Source: Antedon mediterranea
Taxonomy: Eukaryota; Animalia; Echinodermata
Length of the DNA stretch: 64,000 nucleotides
Direction: 5' to 3'
Assembly: GCF_964355755.1 (NCBI RefSeq)
Contig: NC_092680.1
Coordinates: 11,098,001-11,162,000, forward strand
The notes under the pieces are model-generated. The model saw nothing but the letters and a program-made list of their open reading frames with translations. It was not told the DNA's origin and did not search any database. Position 1 is the first letter of the stretch. Each line of letters starts with the position of its first letter. Shown here piece by piece: positions 1 to 11,099 of this stretch. The position numbers were made by a program, and so were the translations under genes.

Positions 1-32
1 TTGTGTAACCAAGTTTCATCGAAATGTACAAA

Positions 33-372
33 ATGGTCTAAAACGTCTCCAAATGCGATTTGAAGCTATTCTAAGTACTTTTGTGTTTTTATGTTAACAA
101 GTTTTTTTTTAAATCACAAAATGGTCTAAAACGTCTTCAAATGCGATTTGAAGCTATTCTGTACACTTTGATGTTTTGTGTGAAAAAGTTTTGTCGAAAT
201 GCTCAAAATGGTCTAAAACGTTTTTAAATACGATATTAAGCTATTTTGTGATCTTTGATGTTTTTGTGTGAAAAGTTTTATCGAAATGCTCAAAATGGTC
301 TAAAACGGTTTCTATTGTGATTTTAAGCACTTTGATGATTTTGTGTAACCAAGTTTCATCGAAATGTACAAA
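33..372 (+). repeat. Representative 340-bp tetramer HOR, subfamily I (A88-B87-C87-D78)
   Basis: Anchor spacings 88+87+87+78=340; TTGTGTAACC at 1 recurs at 341. Diagnostics: A=CTAAGTACT/ATGTTAACAAG, B=CTGTACAC/GTGAAAAAG, C=TACGATATTAAG/TGATCTTT, D=CGGTTTCTATTGTGATTTTAAGCAC/ATGTACA. Confidence 0.95.
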
Positions 373-3300
373 ATGGTCTAAAACGTCTCCAAATGCGATT
401 TGAAGCTATTCTAAGTACTTTTGTGTTTTTATGTTAACAAGTTTTTTCGAAAATCACAAAATGGTCTAAAACGTCTTCAAATGCGATTTGAAGCTATTCT
501 GTACACTTTGATGTTTTGTGTGAAAAAGTTTTGTCGAAATGCTCAAAATGGTCTAAAACGTTTTTAAATACGATATTAAGCTATTTTGTGATCTTTGATG
601 TTTTTGTGTAACCAAGTTTCATCGAAAATCACAAAATGGTCTAAAACGTCTTCAAATGCGATTTGAAGCTATTCTGTACACTTTGATGTTTTGTGTGAAA
701 AAGTTTTGTCAAAATGCTCAAAATGGTAAAAACGTTTTAAAACGATATTAAGCTATTTTGTGCTCTTTGATGTTTTTGTGTAACCAAGTTTCATCGAAAA
801 TCACAAAATGGTCTAAAACGTCTCCAAATGCGATTTGAAGCTTTTCTAAGCACTTTGGTGTTTTTATGTTAACAAGTTTTTTCGAAAATCACGAAATGGT
901 CTAAAATGTCTCCAAATGCGATTTGAAGATATTCTGAGCACTTAGATGTTTTTGTGTGAAAAGTTTTATCGAAATGCTCAAAATGGTCTAAAACGGTTTC
1001 TAATGCGATTTGAAGCTATTCTGTACACTTTGAAGTTTTTTGTGAAAAAGTTTTCTCGAAATGCTCAAAATGGTCTAAAACGTTTTTATATACCATATTA
1101 AGCTATTTTGTGCACTTTTATGTTTTGTGTGAAAAAGTTTTGTCGAAATTCTCAAAATGGTCTAAAACGTTTTTAAATACGATATTAAGCTGTTTTGTGC
1201 ACTTTGATGATTTGTGTGAAAAGTTTTAACGAAATGCTCAAAATGGTCAAAAAACGGTTTCTAATGTGATTTTAAGCACTTTGATGTTTTTGTGTAACCA
1301 AGTTTTTTCAAAAATCACAAAATGGTCTAAAACGTCTCCAAATGCGATTTGAAGCTTTTCTAAGGCACTTTGGTGTTTTTATGTTAAGTTTTTCGAAAAT
1401 CACAAAATGGTCTAAAACGTCTCCAAATGCGATTTGAAGCTATTCTGTACACTTTGATGTTTGTGTGAAAAAGTTTTGTCGAAATGCTCAAAATGGTCTA
1501 AAACATTTTAAATACGATATTAAGCTATTTTGTGATCTTTGATGTTTTTGTGTGAAAAGTTTTATCGAAAATGCTCAAAATGGTCTAAAACGTCTCCAAA
1601 TGCGATTTGAAAGCTATTCTGTACACTTTGATGTTTTGTGTGAAAAAGTTTTGTCGAAATGCTCAAAATGGTCTAAAACGTTTTTAAATACGATATTAAG
1701 CTATTTTGTGATCTTTGATGTTTTTGTGTGAAAAGTTTTAACGAAATGCTCAAAATGGTCAAAAACGGTTTCTAATGTGATTTTAAGCACTTTGATGTTT
1801 TTGTGTAACCCAAGTTTTTTCAAAAATTTCAAAATGGTCTAAAACGTCTCCAAATGCGATTTGAAGCTTTTCTAAGCACTTTGGTGTTTTTATGTTAACA
1901 AGTTTTTTCGAAAATCACAAAATGGTCTAAAACGTCTCCAAATGCGATTTGAAGATATTCTGAGCACTTTGGTGTTTTTATGTTAAAAAGTTTTTTCGAA
2001 AATCACAAAATGGTCTAAAACGTCTTCAAATAAGATTTGAAGCTATTCTGTACACTTTGATGTTTTGTGTGAAAAAGTTTTGTCGAAATGCTCAAAATGG
2101 TCTAAACCGTTTTTAAATACGATATTAAGCTATTTTGTGATCTTTGATGTTTTTGTGTGAAAAGTTTTATCGAAATGCTCAAAATGGTCTAAAACGGTTT
2201 CTAATGCGATTTGAAGCTATTCTGTACACTTTGAAGTTTTGTGTGAAAAAGTTTTCTCGAAATGCTCAAAATGGTCTAAAACGTTTTTATATACCATATT
2301 AAGCTATTTTGTGCACTTTGATGTTTTTTGTGAAAAGTTTTATCGAAATGCTCAAAATGGTCTAAAACAGTTTCTATTGTGATTTTAAGCACTTTGATGA
2401 TTTTGTGTAACCAAGTTTCATCGAAATGTACAAAATGGTCTAAAACGTCTCCAAATGCGATTTGAAGCTATTCTAAGTACTTTTGTGTTTTTATGTTAAC
2501 AAGTTTTTTCGAAAATCACAAAATGGTCTAAAACGTCTTCAAATGCGATTTGAAGCTATTCTGTACACTTTGATGTTTTGTGTGAAAAAGTTTTGTCGAA
2601 ATGCTCAAAATGGTCTAAAACGTTTTTAAATACGATATTAAGCTATTTTGTGATCTTTGATGTTTTTGTGTGAAAAGTTTTATCAAAATGCTCAAAATGG
2701 TCTGAAACGGTTTCTAATGCGATTTGAAGCTATTCTGTACACTTTGAAGTTTTGTGTGAAAAAGTTTTCTCGAAATGCTCAAAATGGTCTAAATCGTTTT
2801 TATATACCATATTAAGCTATTCTGTACACTTTGATGTTTTGTGTGAAAAAGTTTTGTCAAAATGCTCAAAATGGTCTAAAACGTTTTTAAAACGATATTA
2901 AGCTATTTTGTGCTCTTTGATGATTTTGTGTAACCAAGTTTCATCGAAATGTACAAAATGGTCTAAAACGTCTCCAAATGCGATTTGAAGCTATTCTAAG
3001 TACTTTGGTGTTTTTATGTTAACAAGTTTTTTCGAAAATCACAAAATGGTCTAAAACGTCTTCAAATGCGATTTGAAGCTATTCTGTACACTTTTATGTT
3101 TTGTGTGAAAAAGTTTTGTCGAAATGCTCAAAATGGTCTAAAACGTTTTAAAATACCATATTAAGCTATTTTGTGCACTTTGATGTTTTTTGTGAAAAGT
3201 TTTATCGAAATGCTCAAAATGGTCTAAAACGGTTTCTATTGTGATTTTAAGCACTTTGATGATTTTGTGTAACCAAGTTTCATCGAAATGTACAAAATGG

Positions 3301-6300
3301 TCTAAAACGTCTCCAAATGCGATTTGAAGCTATTCTAAGTACTTTTTTGTTTTTATGTTAACAAGTTTTTTTTTAAATCACAAAATGGTCTAAAACGTCT
3401 TCAAATGCGATTTGAAGCTATTCTGTACACTTTGATGTTTTGTGTGAAAAAGTTTTGTCGAAATGCTCAAAATGGTCTAAAACGTTTTTAAATACGATAT
3501 TAAGCTATTTTGTGATCTTTGATGTTTTTGTGTGAAAAGTTTTATCGAAATGCTCAAAATGGTCTAAAACGGTTTCTATTGTGATTTTAAGCACTTTGAT
3601 GATTTTGTGTAACCAAGTTTCATCGAAATGTACAAAATGGTCTAAAACGTCTCCAAATGCGATTTGAAGCTATTCTAAGTACTTTTGTGTTTTTATGTTA
3701 ACAAGTTTTTTCGAAAATCACAAAATGGTCTAAAACGTCTTCAAATGCGATTTGAAGCTATTCTGTACACTTTGATGTTTTGTGTGAAAAAGTTTTGTCG
3801 AAATGCTCAAAATGGTCTAAAACGTTTTTAAATACGATATTAAGCTATTTTGTGCTCTTTGATGTTTTTGTGTAACCAAGTTTCATCGAAAATCACAAAA
3901 TGGTCTAAAACGTTTTTAAATACGATATTAAGCTGTTTTGTGCACTTTGATGATTTGTGTGAAAAGTTTTAACGAAATGCTCAAAATGGTCAAAAACGGT
4001 TTCTAATGTGATTTTAAGCACTTTGATGTTTTTGTGTAACCAAGTTTTTTCAAAAATCACAAAATGGTCTAAAACGTCTCCAAATGCGATTTGAAGCTTT
4101 TCTAAGCACTTTTGTGTTTTTATGTTAACAAGTTTTTTCGAAAATCACAAAATGGTCTAAAACGTCTTCAAATGCGATTTGAAGATATTCTGAGCACTTT
4201 GGTGTTTTTATGTTAAAAAGTTTTTTCGAAAATCACAAAATAGTCTAAAACGTCTCCAAATGCGATTTGAAGCTATTCTGTACACTTTGATGTTTTGTGT
4301 GAAAAAGTTTTGTCGAAATGCTCAAAATGGTCTAAAACGTTTTTAAAACGATATTAAGCTATTTTGTGCTCTTTGATGTTTTTGTGTAACCAAGTTTCAT
4401 CGAAAATCACAAAATGGTCTAAAACGTCTCCAAATGCGATTTGAAGCTTTTCTAAGCACTTTGGTGTTTTTATGTTAACAAGTTTTTTCGAAAATCTTGA
4501 AATGGTCTAAAATGTCTCCAAATGCGATTTGAAGATATTCTGAGCACTTTGGTGTTTTTATGTTAAAAAGTTTTTTCGAAAATCACAAAATGGTCTAAAA
4601 CGTCTCCAAATGCGATTTGAAGCTCTTCTGTACACTTTGATGTTTTGTGTGAAAAAGATTTGTCGATATGCTCAAAATGGTCTAAAACGTTTTTAAATAC
4701 GATATTAAGCTGTTTTGTGCACTTTAATGATTTGTGTGAAAAGTTTTACGAAATGCTCAAAATGGTCTAAAACGGTTTCTAATGTGATTTTAAGCACTTT
4801 GATGTTTTTGTGTAACCAAGTTTTTTCGAAAATCACAAAATGGTCTAAAACGTCTCCAAATGCGATTTGAAGCTTTTCTAAGCACTTTGGTGTTTTTATG
4901 TTAACAAGTTTTTTCGAAAATCACAAAATGGTCTAAAACGTCTCCAAATGCGATTTGAGGATATTCTGAGCACTTTGGTGTTTTTATGTTAAAAAGTTTT
5001 TTCGAAAATCACAAAATGGTCTAAAACGTCTCCAAATGCGATTTGAAGCTATTCTGTACACTTTGATGTTTTGTGTGAAAAAGTTTTGTCGAAATGCTCA
5101 AAATGGTCTAAAACGTTTTTAAAACGATATTAAGCTATTTTGTGCTCTTTGATGTTTTTGTGTAACCAAGTTTCATCGAAATCAACAAAATGGTCTAATA
5201 AGTCTCCAAATGCGATTTGAAGTTTTTCCAAGCACTTTGCTGTTTTTATGTTAACAAGTTTTTTCGAAAATCACAAAATGGTCTAAAACGTCTTCAAATG
5301 CGATTTGAAGCTATTCTGTACACTTTGATGTTTTGTGTGAAAAAGTTTTGTCGAAATTCTCAAAATGGTCTAAAACGTTTTTAAATACGATATAAAGCTA
5401 TTTTGTGATCTTTGATGTTTTTGTGTGAAAAGTTTTATCGAAATGCTCAAAATGGTCTAAAACGGTTTCTAATGCGATTTGAAGCTATTCTGTACCCTTT
5501 GAAGTTTTTTGTGAAAAAGTTTTCTCGAAATGCTCAAAATGGTCTAAAAAGTTTTTATATACCATATTAAGCTATTTTGTGCACTTTGATGTTTTTTGTG
5601 AAAAGTTTTATCGAAATGCTCAAAATGGTCTAAAACGGTTTCTATTGGGATTTTAAGCACTTTGATGATTTTGTGTAACCAAGTTTCATCGAAATGTACA
5701 AAATGGTCTAAAACGTCTCCAAATGCGATTTGAAGCTATTCTAAGTACTTTTGTGTTTTTATGTTAACAAGTTTTTTCGAAAATCACAAAATGGTCTAAA
5801 ACGTCTTCAAATGCGATTTGAAGCTATTCTGTACACTTTTATGTTTTGTGTGAAAAAGTTTTGTCGAAATTCTCAAAATGGTCTAAAACGTTTTTAAATA
5901 CGATATTAAGCTGTTTTGTGCACTTTGATGATTTGTGTGAAAAGTTTTAACGAAATGCTCAAAATGGTCAAAAACGGTTTCTATTGTGATTTTAAGCACT
6001 TTGATGATTTTGTGTAACCAAGTTTCATCGAAATGTACAAAATGGTCTAAAACGTCTCCAAATGCGATTTGAAGCTATTCTAAGTACTTTTGTGTTTTTA
6101 TGTTAACAAGTTTTTTCGAAAATCACAAAATGGTCTAAAACGTCTTCAAATGCGATTTGAAGCTATTCTGTACACTTTGATGTTTTGTGTGAAAAAGTTT
6201 TGTCGAAATGCTCAAAATGGTCTAAAACGTTTTTAAATACGATATTAAGCTATTTTGTGATCTTTGATGTTTTTGTGTGAAAAGTTTTATCGAAATCCTC

Positions 6301-7149
6301 AAAATGGTCTGAAACGGTTTCTAATGCGATTTGAAGCTATTCTGTACACTTTGAAGTTTTTTGTGAAAAAGTTTTCTCGAAATGCTCAAAATGGTCTAAA
6401 ACGTTTTTATATACCATATTAAGCTATTTTGTGCACTTTGATGTTTTTTGTGAAAAGTTTTATCGAAATGCTCAAAATGGTCTAAAACGGTTTCTATTGG
6501 GATTTAAGCACTTTGATGATTTTGTGTAACCAAGTTTCATCGAAATGTACAAAATGGTCTAAAACGTCTCCAAATGCGATTTGAAGCTATTCTAAGTACT
6601 TTTGTGTTTTTATGTTAACAAGTTTTTTCGAAAATCACAAAATGGTCTAAAACGTCTCCAAATGCGATTTGAAGCTATTCTGTACACTTTTATGTTTTGT
6701 GTGAAAAAGTTTTGTCGAAATGCTCAAAATGGTCTAAAACGTTTTTAAATACGATATTAAGCTATTTTGTGATCTTTGATGTTTTTGTGTGAAAAGTTTT
6801 ATCGAAATGCTCAAAATGGTCTAAAACGGTTTCTATTGTGATTTTAAGCACTTTGATGATTTTGTGTAACCAAGTTTCATCGAAATGTACAAAATGGTCT
6901 AAAACTTCTCCAAATGCGATTTGAAGCTATTCTAAGTACTTTTGTGTTTTTATGTTAACAAGTTTTTTCGAAAATCACAAAATGGTCTAAAACGTCTTCA
7001 AATGCGATTTGAAGCTATTCTGTACACTTTGATGTTTTGTGTGAAAAAGTTTTGTCAAAATGCTCAAAATGGTCTAAAACGTTTTTAAAACGATATTAAG
7101 CTATTTTGTGCTCTTTGATGTTTTTGTGTAACCAAGTTTCATCGAAAAT

Positions 7150-10100
7150 CACAAAATGGTCTAAAACGTCTCCAAATGCGATTTGAAGCTTTTCTAAGCA
7201 CTTTGGTGTTTTTATGTTAACAAGTTTTTTCGAAAATCACGAAATTGTCTAAAATGTCTCCAAATGCGATTTTAAGATATTCTGAGCACTTTGGTGTTTT
7301 TATGTTAAAACGTTTTTTCGAAAATCACAAAATGGTCTAAAACGTCTCCAAATGCGATTTGAAGCTCTTCTGTACACTTTGATGTTTTGTGTGAAAAAGT
7401 TTTGTCGATATGCTCAAAATGGTCTAAAACGTTTTTAAATACGATATTAAGCGGTTTTGTGCAGTTTGATGATTTGTGTGAAAAGTTTTAACGAAATGCT
7501 CAAAATGGTCTAAAACGGTTTCTAATGCGATTTGAAGCTATTCTGTACACTTTGAAGTTTTTTGTGAAAAAGTTTTCTCGAAATGCTCAAAATGGTCTAA
7601 AACGTTTTTATATACCATATTAAGCTATTTTGTGCACTTTGATGTTTTTTGTGAAAAGTTTTATCGAAATGCTCAAAATGGTCTGAAACGGTTTCTATTG
7701 TGATTTTAAGCACTTTGATGATTTTGTGTAACCAAGTTTCATCGAAATGTACAAAATGGTCTAAAACGTCTCCAAATGCGATTTGAAGCTATTCTAAGTA
7801 CTTTTGTGTTTTTATGTTAACAAGTTTTTTCGAAAATCACGAAATGGTCTAAAATGTCTCCACATGCGATTTGAAGATATTCTGAACACTTTGGTGTTTT
7901 TATGTTAAAAAGTTTTGTCGAAATGCTCAAAATGGTCTAAAACGTTTTTAAATACGATATTAAGCTATTTTGTGATCTTTGATGTTTTTGTGTGAAAAGT
8001 TTTATCGAAATGCTCAAAATGGTCTGAAACGGTTTCTAATGCGATTTGAAGCTATTCTGTACACTTTAAAGTTTTTTGTGAAAAAGTTTTCTCGAAATTC
8101 TCAAAATGGTCTAAAACGTTTTTATATACCATATTAAGCTATTTTGTGCACTTTGATGTTTTTTGTGAAAAGTTTTATCGAAATGCTCAAAATGGTCTAA
8201 AACGGTTTCTATTGTGATTTTAAGCACTTTGATGATTTTGTGTAACCAAGTTTCATCGAAATGTACAAAATGGTCTAAAACGTCTCCAAATGCGATTTGA
8301 AGCTATTCTAAGTACTTTTGTGGTTTTATGTTAACAAGTTTTTTCGAAAATCACGAAATGGTCTAAAACGTCTTCAAATGCGATTTGAAGCTATTCTGTA
8401 CACTTTGATGTTTTGTGTGAAAAAGTTTTGTCGAAATGCTCAAAATGGTCTAAAACGTTTTTAAATACGATATTAAGCTATTTTGTGATCTTTGATGTTT
8501 TTGTGTGAAAAGTTTTATCGAAATGCTCAAAATGGTCTAAAACGGTTTCTATTGTGATTTTAAGCACTTTGATGATTTTGTGTAACCAAGTTTCATCGAA
8601 ATGTACAAAATGGTCTAAAACGTCTCCAAATGCGATTTGAAGCTATTCTAAGTACTTTTGTGTTTTTATGTTAACAAGTTTTTTCGAAAATCACAAAATG
8701 GTCTAAAACGTCTTCAAATGCGATTTGAAGCTATTCTGTACACTTTGATGTTTTGTGTGAAAAAGTTTTGTCAAAATGCTCAAAATGGTCTAAAACGGTT
8801 TTAAAACGATATTAAGCTATTTTGTGCTCTTTGATGTTTTTGTGTAACCAAGTTTCATCGAAAATCACAAAATGGTCTAAAACGTCTCCAAATGCGATTT
8901 GAAGCTTTTCTAAGCACTTTGGTGTTTTTATGTTAACAAGTTTTTTCGAAAATCACAAAATGGTCTAAAACGTCTCCAAATGCGATTTGAAGCTCTTCTG
9001 TACACTTTGATGTTTTGTGTGAAAAAGTTTTGTCGAAATTCTCAAAATGGTCTAAAACGTTTTTAAATACGATATTAAGCTGTTTTGTGCACTTTGATGA
9101 TTTGTGTGAAAAGTTTTAACGAAATGCTCAAAATGGTCAAAAACGGTTTCTAATGTGATTTTAAGCACTTTGATGTTTTTGTGTAACCAAGTTTTTTCAA
9201 AAATTTCAAAATGGTCTAAAACGTCTCCAAATGCGATTTGAAGCTTTTCTAAGCACTTTGGTGTTTTTATGTTAACAAGTTTTTTCGAAAATCACAAAAT
9301 GGTCTAAAACGTCTCCAAATGCGATTTGAAGCTCTTCTGTACACTTTGATGTTTTGTGTGAAAAAGTTTTGTCGAAATTCTCAAAATGGTCTAAAACGTT
9401 TTTAAATACGATATTAAGCTGTTTTGTGCACTTTGATGATTTGTGTGAAAAGTTTTAACGAAATGCTCAAAATGGTCAAAAACGGTTTCTAATGTGATTT
9501 TAAGCACTTTGATGTTTTTGTGTAACCAAGTTTTTTCAAAAATTTCAAAATGGTCTAAAACGTCTCCAAATGCGATTTGAAGCTTTTCTAAGCACTTTGG
9601 TGTTTTTATGTTAACAAGTTTTTTCGAAAATCACGAAATTGTCTAAAATGTCTCCAAATGCGATTTTAAGATATTCTGAGCACTTTGGTGTTTTTATGTT
9701 AAAACGTTTTTTCGAAAATCACAAAATGGTCTAAAACGTCTCCAAATGCGATTTGAAGCTCTTCTGTACACTTTGATGTTTTGTGTGAAAAAGTTTTGTC
9801 GATATGCTCAAAATGGTCTAAAACGTTTTTAAATACGATATTAAGCTGTTTTGTGCAGTTTGATGATTTGTGTGAAAAGTTTTAACGAAATGCTCAAAAT
9901 GGTCTAAAACGGTTTCTAATGCGATTTGAAGCTATTCTGTACACTTTGAAGTTTTTTGTGAAAAAGTTTTCTCGAAATGCTCAAAATGGTCTAAAACGTT
10001 TTTATATACCATATTAAGCTATTTTGTGCACTTTGATGTTTTTTGTGAAAAGTTTTATCGAAATGCTCAAAATGGTCTGAAACGGTTTCTATTGTGATTT

Positions 10101-10750
10101 TAAGCACTTTGATGATTTTGTGTAACCAAGTTTCATCGAAATGTACAAAATGGTCTAAAACGTCTCCAAATGCGATTTGAAGCTATTCTAAGTACTTTTG
10201 TGTTTTTATGTTAACAAGTTTTTTCGAAAATCACGAAATGGTCTAAAATGTCTCCACATGCGATTTGAAGATATTCTGAGCACTTTGGTGTTTTTATGTT
10301 AAAAAGTTTTGTCGAAATGCTCAAAATGGTCTAAAACGTTTTTAAATACGATATTAAGCTATTTTGTGATCTTTGATGTTTTTGTGTGAAAAGTTTTATC
10401 GAAATGCTCAAAATGGTCTGAAACGGTTTCTAATGCGATTTGAAGCTATTCTGTACACTTTGAAGTTTTTTGTGAAAAAGTTTTCTCGAAATTCTCAAAA
10501 TGGTCTAAAACGTTTTTATATACCATATTAAGCTATTTTGTGCACTTTGATGTTTTTTGTGAAAAGTTTTATCGAAATGCTCCAAAATGGTCTAAAACGG
10601 TTTCTATTGTGATTTTAAGCACTTTGATGATTTTGTGTAACCAAGTTTCATCGAAATGTACAAAATGGTCTAAAACGTCTCCAAATGCGATTTGAAGCTA
10701 TTCTAAGTACTTTTGTGGTTTTATGTTAACAAGTTTTTTCGAAAATCACA
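7150..10750 (+). repeat. Direct duplication with 2,394-bp spacing (~1.2 kb repeated)
   Basis: GAAATTGTCT at 7241/9635 and CACATGCG at 7861/10255, both 2,394 apart. In copy 2 the duplicated tract is longer (GGTTTTAAAAC 26360/28755). Confidence 0.85.
8880..9630 (+). repeat. Tandem 339-bp tetramers of subfamily II
   Basis: Variant AAATTTCAAAA has TTTC at 9204 and 9543 (339 apart). Diagnostics GAAGCTTTTCTAAGCAC, GCTCTTCTG, GCTGTTTTGTGCAC, GGTCAAAAACGG, AATGTGATTTT. The same pair is present near 26.5-27.2 kb and 47.3-48.0 kb. Confidence 0.88.
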
Positions 10751-11099
10751 AAATGGTCTAAAACGTCTTCAAATGCGATTTGAAGCTATTCTGTACACTT
10801 TTATGTTTTGTGTGAAAAAGTTTTGTCGAAATTCTCAAAATGGTCTAAAACGTTTTTAAATACGATATTAAGCTGTTTTGTGCACTTTGATGATTTGTGT
10901 GAAAAGTTTTAACGAAATGCTCAAAATGGTCAAAAACGGTTTCTAATGTGATTTTAAGCACTTTGATGTTTTTGTGTAACCAAGTTTTTTCAAAAATCAC
11001 AAAATGGTCTAAAACGTCTCCAAATGCGATTTGAAGCTTTTCTAAGCACTTTGGTGTTTTTATGTTAACAAGTTTTTTCGAAAATCACGAAATGGTCTA

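Noticed and set aside
880-897. Possible CENP-B box in TTTCGAAAATCACGAAA
   Set aside because: Matches TTCG and the CG spacing of NTTCGNNNNANNCGGGN but lacks the central A and the final GG, and occurs only in a minor variant.
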